NCBI GenBank assembly: GCA_964493485.1
Contig: CAZBMQ010000004.1
Span: 4,340-68,339, forward strand
Reading direction: 5' to 3'
DNA from: an uncultured Candidatus Saccharibacteria bacterium
GTDB lineage: Bacteria > Patescibacteriota > Minisyncoccia > Minisyncoccales > JANBVM01
Length of the DNA: 64,000 nt
The translations under genes were made by a program, and so were the position numbers. How positions within the stretch are numbered: position 1 is the stretch's first letter; every line of letters begins with the position of its first letter. Below are positions 33,634-42,549 of the stretch, one piece after another. The notes under the pieces were generated by a model. The model made no database searches and had not been told where the DNA came from. It saw only the letters and a list, made by a program, of their open reading frames with translations.

Positions 33634-33707
33634 AAATATTAAAAAACCCCTTTTTTGAATTATTAGTAAATTTTAACATTTTCAAAGGGGTCTAACAATT
33701 TTTAAAA

Positions 33708-34538
33708 CTATGAAAGAAAAGATTTATTTACTAATGCTTGATGAGAAAATACTCGCCTCCAGCTATCAACCACGAATCCCGTTTCATTCAAAAGCTCACT
33801 CCATTCTTCTATAGAAAGATAAGTATATAATCCTTCCTTTCCTTTTTTCTTTAATGTTCCTACATATTTCAAAAATTTATTTGCGATAAGAATCAAACCA
33901 GGATGTCTTATCATATCTTGAATAGAAGTAAAGACACATACATATAGATGCATATTCCTTTTTGGGGTCGACCATACTAGCTGTCCACCCGGTTTTAATA
34001 TCCGAGCAATCTCCTTAAATAACCTTTTTATCCCTTCTTTCCCTGGAATTCCTTCGTATTCTATTGTGTAAGGAATAGCAATATTACTAATCACCCCGTC
34101 AAATGTTTTATCTGGAAAATCTAAATGTTCACCCATATTACCATATTTTAATTCGAGAACTGGAATTTCTTTTTCCATCTTTCTCGCTGGCTCTAAAACT
34201 AAATCAAGCCCTACAATTTTCTTAAGAGTTCTTCCAGATTTTTCCCAGATTACTTTACTCATCGGTGCAGGTCCACATCCTAAATCTAACCAAACTTCTC
34301 CTGAATGAGGATCTACTAACTCTTCCATTGCTCTAACTAATCTCCTATGAGGAAGTCCCATCGCTGCATATTTGTATATCTCAGCGCTTTCTTCCCAAAA
34401 TTCTATTTCCTTCTTCCATCTATCAAGCCTTTCAAGGGTCTGCGAGTCTAATAATTTAGAGTTTTTGCTAATAAATAAATCTATCTCTCCTGAAGTGATT
34501 TCTTTCTTTTTAATTAATTCATACAACCCTACACTCAT
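33708..34538 (-). CDS. Class I SAM-dependent methyltransferase, HK-associated type
   Basis: WLDLGCGPAP, GVISNIAIPY and LKPGGQLVW are present. Confidence 0.7.
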   Translation of the reverse strand: MSVGLYELIKKKEITSGEIDLFISKNSKLLDSQTLERLDRWKKEIEFWEESAEIYKYAAMGLPHRRLVRAMEELVDPHSGEVWLDLGCGPAPMSKVIWEKSGRTLKKIVGLDLVLEPARKMEKEIPVLELKYGNMGEHLDFPDKTFDGVISNIAIPYTIEYEGIPGKEGIKRLFKEIARILKPGGQLVWSTPKRNMHLYVCVFTSIQDMIRHPGLILIANKFLKYVGTLKKKGKEGLYTYLSIEEWSELLNETGFVVDSWRRVFSHQALVNKSFLS

Positions 34539-34661
34539 TTTTTTCCTTTTTTATTTTTAATATTAAATTTTTAATTTATATCCAAGGTGTTAACCTCGTT
34601 CTGTCTTAATAATACGGATCAATTAAAGATATGTCAAATTTAATCCAACTTTAGTTCCATA

Positions 34662-35264
34662 TTACCATTTTACTAAAAACTCGTGACACTCATCTCCTTT
34701 GTATATACATTTAGTCTCTTCACATATTCCCTCATTACCAATTATCATCTTCAAAGCGCTAGGCAAGTATCCAATAAGAATCTGGCAATGAAGCGGATGA
34801 CAATGATAATTCTCCAGCCTTAAAATTATATACTTTTTTTCTTTGTTATACTCAGCTACTTTTAAATCTCCTACTGTCAAATGCTTCCTCCACATTTTTG
34901 GAAGTTCCTTCAATACTCTTTCAATTGAGAAAAAATATCTTACAAAAAGCTTTATAAGTAAAGAGGCTTTAGTATGAAATCTTCCCATTTCTCGAAACTT
35001 TCTATCATCGTAATTAAAAAGCCTCTTGATAGCCACTAACATTGCAACAAGTATCCCTAAAGGATAAAAATCCATTGCTCTTATCTCTTTGAATTTTATT
35101 GAATAACCCAACTCAGCCAAAACATTTTCCAATTTTTTCAAACCTTCTTCTCCTTCTTCTTTAAGAATGAAATCTGCATAGCTTTTCATTCCTACAGCTC
35201 TTACCTTTCCTTTTATTCTCATTAGTTCAGTAAACTCTTGTTTTGAGATTATATATTCTTTCAT
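34662..35264 (-). CDS. Cys/His-motif sensor-like protein, family member 7 of 9
   Basis: C-terminus CEETKCIYKGDECHEFLVKW. It lies upstream of the methyltransferase-HK4 pair. Confidence 0.6.
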   Translation of the reverse strand: MKEYIISKQEFTELMRIKGKVRAVGMKSYADFILKEEGEEGLKKLENVLAELGYSIKFKEIRAMDFYPLGILVAMLVAIKRLFNYDDRKFREMGRFHTKASLLIKLFVRYFFSIERVLKELPKMWRKHLTVGDLKVAEYNKEKKYIILRLENYHCHPLHCQILIGYLPSALKMIIGNEGICEETKCIYKGDECHEFLVKW

Positions 35265-35288
35265 ATAAAGCCAAAAAAATTGATGGGT

Positions 35289-35660
35289 TTATTGTTCTGC
35301 TTTTTCAATTTTTATTTTAGCCTGATTTAGCTCTTTAAGGGAGTCAAGCTCTCCTTTAATTCTTCCAATAATTGTAACCGGACTGGCTGGTTTAGGAACA
35401 TCATCTGTGCTGTCTGGGGTTCTGCCATAAAAAATACAAAAACCATTTCCTTCAGGCCAATAGCCTAAATCCCCTATTTTTAGATCCTCTGTAGGATTTT
35501 CGTTTTCCATTTCCAAAGGTATTGAAAAATAGATTTCTTCGCCCCAAAAATTCCCATCGGCTTCTATGGGCAAAAGTTGATAAATTCTTTCTGCCGCTTC
35601 TGTCTCATTTAATTCTCCTTCAAATATCTTATCATTTATGAAAATATTTATTTTCTTCAT
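35289..35660 (-). CDS. Cyclophilin-like (TM1367-type) family protein
   Basis: MKKINIFINDKIFEGELNETEAA...GDLGYWPEGNGFCIFYG. I prefer the start at 35660, 1 nt after the upstream stop. Confidence 0.6.
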   Translation of the reverse strand: MKKINIFINDKIFEGELNETEAAERIYQLLPIEADGNFWGEEIYFSIPLEMENENPTEDLKIGDLGYWPEGNGFCIFYGRTPDSTDDVPKPASPVTIIGRIKGELDSLKELNQAKIKIEKAEQ

Positions 35661-35661
35661 A

Positions 35662-36138
35662 TCATTCCTCAGTGGTAGTAAACTTATCTGCAAAAAGATG
35701 GAACAAGCGCCTGCCTTCTTTTTTCAAATCAGACTTCAATATTGTAGCAACAAAAAGAATGTGATCGCCTACCTCAATCTCTTTTTCCACTTTGCATTCT
35801 AAATAACCTAATGCTTGTTTAATTCTTGGACAATTAATGGTTTCTGATTCTTCTTTCTCCAAACCTGTTTCTTTAAATTTATCTACATCCCTGCCAGAAT
35901 GACGACCACAATATAGAATCTCTTTTTCAAATTCCTTTGGCATAAAGTTCACCACAAAAACTCCTGATTTTCTTATTAACTCTAAAGAGTATCTTATCTT
36001 AGCGACAGAAACAGCATACATCATTGGATCAAAACTTAAAGGAGTGTGCCAATCAAGGGTAATTATATTGTCCTTCCCCTCAAGCCGGCAGGTTAATAAA
36101 ATTGTCTGTCTTGGGTTTGAAAGTGTTGTGATTCTCAT
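35662..36138 (-). CDS. Flavin reductase-like (FMN-binding split barrel) protein
   Basis: ILLTC...NIITLDWHTPLSFDPMMYAVSV...SLELIRKSGVFVVNF are present. Confidence 0.7.
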   Translation of the reverse strand: MRITTLSNPRQTILLTCRLEGKDNIITLDWHTPLSFDPMMYAVSVAKIRYSLELIRKSGVFVVNFMPKEFEKEILYCGRHSGRDVDKFKETGLEKEESETINCPRIKQALGYLECKVEKEIEVGDHILFVATILKSDLKKEGRRLFHLFADKFTTTEE

Positions 36139-36169
36139 AATTTTATTGATTTATTTTAAACCTTAAAAC

Positions 36170-37399
36170 TTATTTCCTTTGAAAATGCTCTAAACAATCT
36201 TGTTCTGTAAATAATTCTAAAGCCTCCCCTATCTTGCATAATTCCTCTTTAGTCATTCTTTCTGTCGCAACACTTAACACACACAAACCCCTTAATTCAT
36301 TATCTTCAATCTCATTACATACTGTAAGATCCCTTTTTTCAACAGCTACAATGATATAACAACCTTCTTTACCTTCTATAATATTCTCACAGATTTCTAT
36401 ATCTTTTTCCAGTCCAGCTATTAATAAATAACAACCAACCTTTGATTTAAAGCTTGGGGCTTTATCGCAGATTTTTGGATTCTCTTCCAGTTGGGCAAAA
36501 ACTCCGTAACAAGTAGCAAGCGAGATAGTAGATGCTCCTTCAGAAGGAATCTCTACAAACTGATTGCAAAAATCAACACTGCTTGTAGCTTGGGCAAATC
36601 CCCCATAACAACTGCCCAATCCTACAATATCACCTGCTTGATTACATAATTCTAAATTAACAAATTGATTTCCCAATTCTTTATAACATCTAGTAATAGA
36701 AAATACATCAGAAGACTCTAAATCTTTGCATTCTTTTAGATTATCTTTCTCATCTGAACTAAATATTAAAGTCTCGTTTTCTTTTTCAGGCTCTTGCGTC
36801 TCTTCTTCTTTTTGCTCTTGTTCTCCCTCATCTCCTTTCAGCTCTAAAAGGGCAGAATTTATTTCTTCTTGTTTTTGCTCCAAATCTTCCTTTATATTTT
36901 GAGGAAGAATCTCAATGGTTTTTTCAAATTGTTCTTTAGAAAAACTGATTATCTGTTCAATCTTATCTCTATTTTCTTTTGAAGCTCCTTCCCAGATTCC
37001 TAATAAAACATCTTCATGTTCTATTATTCGGTCTGCCACAGAGCCTGCCTGAGTTTCCTGGTCTTCTTTATATTCTAAATTTTGAATTTCTGTATTTGCT
37101 AAAATCAAATACTCTTTATAATTAGCGCTTGCCTTTTCTGCAAAACCAGTTTTTCCTTCATCAATCATTTTATTTATCTCAGCTAATTTTTCCTCTGCAT
37201 ATCTCAAAGCCTTTACAATCTTTTGTTCTGAGCTAAAAGTAAAAAATAAAACAACCTTCTCTGCAAAAACATCTAAAGGATAATATATACTGTCTGGTGT
37301 AATTCCAGGAAGAGGAAGCTCTATCTTCGAAAAACTCAAAACAGGAAAAAGAACCAGTGCCAAAACAATAGGAAGTAAAAAAGATTTTCTCATAAACAT
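36170..37399 (-). CDS. Secreted protein, DUF5667-like N-terminus and Cys-rich C-terminal repeats
   Basis: A signal peptide is present. PGITPDSIYYPLDVFAEKV is followed by an acidic coiled coil, then repeated C...CY motifs. Confidence 0.5.
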   Translation of the reverse strand: MFMRKSFLLPIVLALVLFPVLSFSKIELPLPGITPDSIYYPLDVFAEKVVLFFTFSSEQKIVKALRYAEEKLAEINKMIDEGKTGFAEKASANYKEYLILANTEIQNLEYKEDQETQAGSVADRIIEHEDVLLGIWEGASKENRDKIEQIISFSKEQFEKTIEILPQNIKEDLEQKQEEINSALLELKGDEGEQEQKEEETQEPEKENETLIFSSDEKDNLKECKDLESSDVFSITRCYKELGNQFVNLELCNQAGDIVGLGSCYGGFAQATSSVDFCNQFVEIPSEGASTISLATCYGVFAQLEENPKICDKAPSFKSKVGCYLLIAGLEKDIEICENIIEGKEGCYIIVAVEKRDLTVCNEIEDNELRGLCVLSVATERMTKEELCKIGEALELFTEQDCLEHFQRK

Positions 37400-37408
37400 A
37401 AATATATT

Positions 37409-37876
37409 CTAATGTTGCTTCTTTTCTTTGATAAATGTGATTAATGTTCCAACAACTCCTATTAGAAATCCTGCAGGAAAAACCAAGATAGCTAAAAGAA
37501 AAAACAAAGGTTCGTCTGACAAACCAATTATGTCCCAAAAATCTCTACCAAATAAAATAATAAACAAACCATAAATAAGGTTGTGCAGTATTACGCTCAC
37601 AGAAAATCCTGCAGCACAAACCCCTGTCAAAATTAAAAAATTCTTTAGCAGTCCTTTGATTTTTTTCCTTAAAGTCAAAAGTACTAAAACTACCCCTAAT
37701 AAAGAAAAAATAATGCCAGCAGCATTCAAAAAAATAAAATTGATATATTTTCTAAAAGCAGGAACTGCAATAAGACCGGCAATAATACTGAAAAGCAGTA
37801 TTAATATAAAAAAAACAGAACCTAACACAAAACAAGACTGATTATTCTTTTCTTTAAGATATTTAAAAACATTCAT
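37409..37876 (-). CDS. Integral membrane protein (4 TM), unknown function
   Basis: 155 aa and strongly hydrophobic. Confidence 0.5.
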   Translation of the reverse strand: MNVFKYLKEKNNQSCFVLGSVFFILILLFSIIAGLIAVPAFRKYINFIFLNAAGIIFSLLGVVLVLLTLRKKIKGLLKNFLILTGVCAAGFSVSVILHNLIYGLFIILFGRDFWDIIGLSDEPLFFLLAILVFPAGFLIGVVGTLITFIKEKKQH

Positions 37877-37933
37877 AGAATTTAGCTTATGACCTCTTTT
37901 TTATTTTATCAAAAAACCGCCTTTTAGGCGATT

Positions 37934-38299
37934 TTATTTTTCTTGAAAATCCTCCGGCCCAAATTCTTTCTTTAATGCTTCTAATATTTTTTTCTTTTCT
38001 GAATCCGAGGCTTTACCCATCTCAGATAATCCTTCATCTTCCTTCAGTTGTTCTTTTATTTTTTCTTTTAACTTCTCTACAAGCTCTTCTTGCCTTTTTA
38101 TCTCTTCTTCAGTTTTTTTAATTTCTTCTTCTTTTCTTATTCTTTCCTCTTCCCCTTTGCTCTTTTTTAATTCTTTCTTTTGCTTCTCTAATTTCTCTTT
38201 TAACTTTTCCAATTTTATCTCTTCTTCTTCGAAAACAACAAATATATTCCTATATTCCGGCTCTCTACCAGTTCTTGATTCTATAGATTTTTTAGCCAT
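37934..38299 (-). CDS. Lys/Glu-rich coiled-coil protein
   Basis: 121-aa ORF with low-complexity KE repeats. Confidence 0.4.
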   Translation of the reverse strand: MAKKSIESRTGREPEYRNIFVVFEEEEIKLEKLKEKLEKQKKELKKSKGEEERIRKEEEIKKTEEEIKRQEELVEKLKEKIKEQLKEDEGLSEMGKASDSEKKKILEALKKEFGPEDFQEK

Positions 38300-38305
38300 A
38301 ATTCT

Positions 38306-38914
38306 TTATTCCCATTTTAATAAAAATTCATGACATTCATCTCCTTTATAAACACATTTTGTCTCTTCACAACTCACCTGATTACTTCCAGTAATTATCT
38401 TTAAAAGGGTATAAAAAAGTCCTTGAATATGAAGACAATAAAGAGGGTGAACATCAAAATCTTTTAATGCAACTATTAATTTTCTGTTCCTTTCATCAAA
38501 CATTACATTTTCAAGCCTACCCAATGTAGAAAACTTCTTCCAAAGCATAGGAATCTTCCTGAAAAACACATCTTTTCTCTGTAAAAAATGCTTCATAAAA
38601 AATCTGATGAGAGCCGGTACTTTTGCAGATTCCATTCCCATTTCTCTTATATCTTTCTCTGAAAAATTAAGTGCTTGTTTTATTACTAAAAGATTAAGGG
38701 TTCTTAAGCCTATAGGATAAAATCCCATTGCTCGAATCTCATCATATTTTAAGGGATATCCTAACCTCTCCATTTCTTTTTCTACCTTTTCTAACGATTC
38801 TTTTCCTTTTCTTCTTTCAATAAATTGAGCGTCTGCCTTAATGACAATCCCTCTTATTTCTCCACTTATCTTCATCAACTCATCAGCTTTTTCTTTTGAA
38901 ACTATTTCTTCCAT
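38306..38914 (-). CDS. Cys/His-motif sensor-like protein, family member 8 of 9
   Basis: C-terminus CEETKCVYKGDECHEFLLKWE. Confidence 0.6.
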   Translation of the reverse strand: MEEIVSKEKADELMKISGEIRGIVIKADAQFIERRKGKESLEKVEKEMERLGYPLKYDEIRAMGFYPIGLRTLNLLVIKQALNFSEKDIREMGMESAKVPALIRFFMKHFLQRKDVFFRKIPMLWKKFSTLGRLENVMFDERNRKLIVALKDFDVHPLYCLHIQGLFYTLLKIITGSNQVSCEETKCVYKGDECHEFLLKWE

Positions 38915-38990
38915 ATTTTTAGCTTATTGTTTTATTGTATCCTATTAAAAAAATAATTTCAAATAAAAAAGGAGAAAATATTTTTCTCCT

Positions 38991-39227
38991 CTAAAAAGAG
39001 TTTACCATCCTTCCTATTTCTTCCTTCACCATTTCTCTAAATCTCTCTTTTAACTCAATAATCTTTTTGTAAATCTCCTCAATAAACTTTCTTTTTTTAT
39101 CCGGGGGCACAGAATTATAAAGTACATTAAGAAATTCTCCAGCCAGTACTTTATCTAAAACATTCAGTTGAGAAAGAATAAAGTCTCTTTTTTTTATCAA
39201 CTCACTTTCTTTTTCTTTACTGCTCAT
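38991..39227 (-). CDS. Hypothetical small protein
   Basis: 78-aa ORF; I recognise no motif. Confidence 0.35.
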   Translation of the reverse strand: MSSKEKESELIKKRDFILSQLNVLDKVLAGEFLNVLYNSVPPDKKRKFIEEIYKKIIELKERFREMVKEEIGRMVNSF

Positions 39228-39312
39228 ACTCTTTACCCATTCCTGTTTTTTTTAATGAATAAAGTATGTTATAGAAACTAAATTATAAAGTCAATAATAT
39301 CAAAAACCATTT

Positions 39313-39627
39313 TTATTCAGATTTTTTAGGCTTTGCCTTATTCTTTTCGTATTTCTTTAAAAAACAATCTTCCAAATCTATATCTAAATAAGAAGCTAAT
39401 TTCAAGGTCTGCCAGAAAATATCTGCAACCTCATCTTTTAAATCTGATGGTTTTGTAGAAAAAGAAAGGGAATTTCTCTTTGTCTCTTTATGTAAAATCG
39501 CTCTTGCAGTCTCTCCTACTTCTTCCATTAAATGCAAAAAAGCATGTGTTGGCGTAGTTTCAATCTTTGTATAACCTATTTTTTCCAAATGTTCTTTCAC
39601 TAATTTTTGAGCTTCTTTTATTTCCAT
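39313..39627 (-). CDS. MazG-like nucleotide pyrophosphohydrolase domain protein
   Basis: LMEEVGETARAIL...LKDEVADIFWQTLKLASYLDIDLE contains the EExxE...E/D pairs. Confidence 0.7.
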   Translation of the reverse strand: MEIKEAQKLVKEHLEKIGYTKIETTPTHAFLHLMEEVGETARAILHKETKRNSLSFSTKPSDLKDEVADIFWQTLKLASYLDIDLEDCFLKKYEKNKAKPKKSE

Positions 39628-39698
39628 ATTTTTATTCCTTAAAAAAGCGAAGCTTTGAAGATAAAGCTTCTATTAATCTTAATCATCTCGGTATGTGT

Positions 39699-39968
39699 TT
39701 ATTCTTCTTTTACCTCCTTTGCCTTACCCATAATTTCTTGAAACTTCTTTACCTCTTCTTCTGCTTCTTTTAAAATCTCTTCTCTCTCTTCGGGGGTTGT
39801 CGCTTCTCTAAGTCTTTTATTTAACTCTGCAATCTTTTGAATATAATCCTCTATTGCCTTTTTCCATTCTGTTTTTTCCAATTTCTCCTGTTTTTCTTCT
39901 TCTTCTGGTTTTTCGGGCTGACTCTCTGGTGAAAAAGATTCACTATATTCTGGCATATTTAAACTCAA
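39699..39968 (-). CDS. Glu-rich small protein
   Basis: 89-aa ORF, acidic and low-complexity. Confidence 0.35.
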   Translation of the reverse strand: MSLNMPEYSESFSPESQPEKPEEEEKQEKLEKTEWKKAIEDYIQKIAELNKRLREATTPEEREEILKEAEEEVKKFQEIMGKAKEVKEE

Positions 39969-40064
39969 TGATTACAATTTACTTATTATTAAAAATCGAC
40001 TTTTTTTCTCCTTCTTTACTCTACTATTATTTTAATATTTTTTCAACTATCCAAAAACAAGAAA

Positions 40065-40493
40065 TTATTTAATCTTACTTAAATCTCCATTAATAATAAT
40101 GGGTTGGATAGCTTTTATTTCTTCTAACAAATAATCAAATTTAGGCAACTCATTTAAAAGATAAATTTTTTTATTTAAAATATGGGCAAAACCCATCTCT
40201 AAAAATGTATTAGCCCCAATATAATTTTTTATTCCATTCTTTTCATAATTAAGCACTAAAATAGCATCACTTTTTTTGATTCTCTCCCAATGCTTCTTGA
40301 TTAAATTGTATTCTTTCTTTCTCTCTGCTCTTTCTTCCTTGTTTAGACTTCCTAGTTCCCAAGATAATTTGCCATTAATAAATTCCTTAACAAATTCTGG
40401 AAGAAATACTGTATGACCCAAAACCTCCAACTCTTTGGCTGTTTTATCCATTTCTCTTGCAAAATTCATACTTCCGCAAATTGTAATTTTCAT
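40065..40493 (-). CDS. Nucleoside 2-deoxyribosyltransferase-like Rossmann protein (tentative)
   Basis: MKITICGSM...LGHTVFLP...SDAILVLN...YIGANTFLEMGFA...KKIYLL are present. Confidence 0.4.
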   Translation of the reverse strand: MKITICGSMNFAREMDKTAKELEVLGHTVFLPEFVKEFINGKLSWELGSLNKEERAERKKEYNLIKKHWERIKKSDAILVLNYEKNGIKNYIGANTFLEMGFAHILNKKIYLLNELPKFDYLLEEIKAIQPIIINGDLSKIK

Positions 40494-40522
40494 AAATTTA
40501 TAAAGATCTTTCTATTATAGTT

Positions 40523-41122
40523 TTACCACTTCATTAAAAACTCGTGATATTCATCTCCCCTATGGATGCATTTTGTCTCTTCACAAGATACTGGCTTTTT
40601 CACAATTATTTGAAGAATGCTTGGAAAATATCCTTTTTGAGCCTCACAACTAAGAGGGTGGTGATGGAAATTTTCAATTCTAAAAACTACATATCTTTTT
40701 TGTTCATCAAATTCTACTACTTTCAAATCTCCTACTGTGAAATATTTTTTCCAAAGTCTTGGTGCTTCTTTTACGGCTTTTTTCAGTGAAACAAAATATT
40801 GGATAAAAATTCTCATAATCAAAGAAATCTTAGACTCAAATCTTCCCATTTCTTGAAATTTTTTATTATTGAAGTCAAAAAGTCTCTTAATAACCAGTAG
40901 CTTAAGAGCATCTGCCCAAAGAGGATAAAAATCCATTGGTTTTATTTCTTGATATTTTATAGGATAACCCAGCATTGCCATAGCTTCTTCAAATTTCTTC
41001 AATCCATCTTTTCCTTTTTCTTTAAGGATAAACTCTTCTGTTGTCTTAAATGACATCCCCCTTACCTTTCCTTTAAGTTTTTTCAACTTATCTAATTCTT
41101 CTTTTGAAACTATTTGATTCAT
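40523..41122 (-). CDS. Cys/His-motif sensor-like protein, family member 9 of 9
   Basis: I prefer the start at MNQIVSKEEL (41122) by alignment to the paralogs. C-terminus CEETKCIHRGDEYHEFLMKW. Confidence 0.6.
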   Translation of the reverse strand: MNQIVSKEELDKLKKLKGKVRGMSFKTTEEFILKEKGKDGLKKFEEAMAMLGYPIKYQEIKPMDFYPLWADALKLLVIKRLFDFNNKKFQEMGRFESKISLIMRIFIQYFVSLKKAVKEAPRLWKKYFTVGDLKVVEFDEQKRYVVFRIENFHHHPLSCEAQKGYFPSILQIIVKKPVSCEETKCIHRGDEYHEFLMKW

Positions 41123-41203
41123 ATTATTATTTTTTAATTTTATCAGAAAAAAAGTTTTATCAAAATAAAAAAAGTGCATAACGCACTATTAGCATGGAGA
41201 TAT

Positions 41204-41866
41204 CTATCTAACTACATTAAAAGAAACAGTAGAAATTTTGTGTTTTGAAATCCAACCTTTTGGTTTGGTTTCTAAGATGGACCATCTATTATTATAGAAA
41301 ATTCTAAAATTTCCAAAAAATTCTCCAGACACTTTCTTGAGGTCAATCTTAAATTTGGATATTGCTTCATCTAAAAACTCTGTTCTATATATTAATATTT
41401 TACTGCCTGGACTCTCTGTTTCTTTTAAGGACCAGCGCACCTGAAACCCAAATACATAAAAACCTAACGGAACCCTCATCTCTGGAGGTTTTTTTCTTGT
41501 CAAATTCCCTTCCAAAAGATGAATTATCTTTTTTATCTCTTTACAATTAAATTTCTTTACAAGCTTAACAATAGGAACTGAATTTTCTTTTGATATAACT
41601 CCTTTATAGAATTTTCCCTTTTCTAGGATTCGAAAAAGAGGGTCTTCTATTTCTTTATAAAATAAACCAGCTCCTTCTAGTTCACCAATATAATATGCCA
41701 AGAAATAACCAAAAGGAGATATTTCTATCACATACAGATCTAAATATTTCCTATGAATATCAGCAAGCTCTATAAGTGCTTTCTGTTTATATTCTTGAAA
41801 AGAAACACATTCCTTTTTCTCTTTGAGTTCTGCGAATATCTTCGTATACAGGTCAATAAGCTTCAT
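41204..41866 (-). CDS. Hypothetical protein
   Basis: 220-aa ORF; I recognise no motif. Confidence 0.4.
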   Translation of the reverse strand: MKLIDLYTKIFAELKEKKECVSFQEYKQKALIELADIHRKYLDLYVIEISPFGYFLAYYIGELEGAGLFYKEIEDPLFRILEKGKFYKGVISKENSVPIVKLVKKFNCKEIKKIIHLLEGNLTRKKPPEMRVPLGFYVFGFQVRWSLKETESPGSKILIYRTEFLDEAISKFKIDLKKVSGEFFGNFRIFYNNRWSILETKPKGWISKHKISTVSFNVVR

Positions 41867-41940
41867 TTTTTTATCTCTATCCTTATTTAATTTTTAATGC
41901 TTAATTTAGGGTACAAGATCTGAAAACAAAAATCAATTTC

Positions 41941-41965
41941 AAATAAAAAGCCTCAAAAAGAGGCT
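41941..41965 (-). terminator. Intrinsic terminator
   Basis: Minus strand AGCCUC-UUUUU-GAGGCU followed by UUUUAUUU. Confidence 0.7.
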
Positions 41966-42072
41966 GATAAATTTGGTTAGAAACTAAAATATCCTCTCTA
42001 AAAATTAGAAAATGCACCAATATTAGCTAGAAAGTCTCTTACTGGTTTCTCAAAAATTTGCAATCCAAAAGC

Positions 42073-42321
42073 CTACATCATTAAATCAAGAAATGATTCT
42101 GGAGGCATTTCTTCTGGAGAAACTTCTTCTGGAAGAATCGGCATTTCTGAAGAAGGAATTGTTTCAGAAGGCGGCATCATTCCTTCTGGAGGCGTAGTTT
42201 CTTCAGGAGGGAACATTTCTTCTGGCGGCATCATCTCTCCTGAAGGAGGCTGCATCATTTGCTGTATCTGCTTCATTTGCTCCATCTGTTCTAAAATTTG
42301 AGCTGCCTCTTCTTCTGACAT
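42073..42321 (-). CDS. Pro/Glu/Met-rich repeat protein (possibly the 3' part of a disrupted gene)
   Basis: 82-aa ORF with MMPPEE-type repeats. The upstream sequence encodes a signal-peptide-like segment in another frame (see findings). Confidence 0.35.
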   Translation of the reverse strand: MSEEEAAQILEQMEQMKQIQQMMQPPSGEMMPPEEMFPPEETTPPEGMMPPSETIPSSEMPILPEEVSPEEMPPESFLDLMM

Positions 42322-42549
42322 AAATCCTTATTCAACAGAAAACTCAATGCATTTTCTGGAATATCACAGAACACTTTACAGGCTTCTTTGTTTTCACAAT
42401 TTCCCAATTCTTCAATTGGATATTCTAATTGAGAAAAAGGATCATCTGGCTGAGCAAAAACTAAATACCCAACGAATAATAAATAGATATTCCGAAAATT
42501 ATTCAGATAATAAATCTTGTATTATTTCAAAAAATCTAACCAGTCCTAA

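Noticed and set aside
33634-33707. CCCCTTT ... AAAGGGG pairing lies between the methyltransferase at 33708 and HK4 and could be a terminator.
   Set aside because: A ~30-nt loop makes a stable intrinsic terminator doubtful, so it is not listed as a feature.
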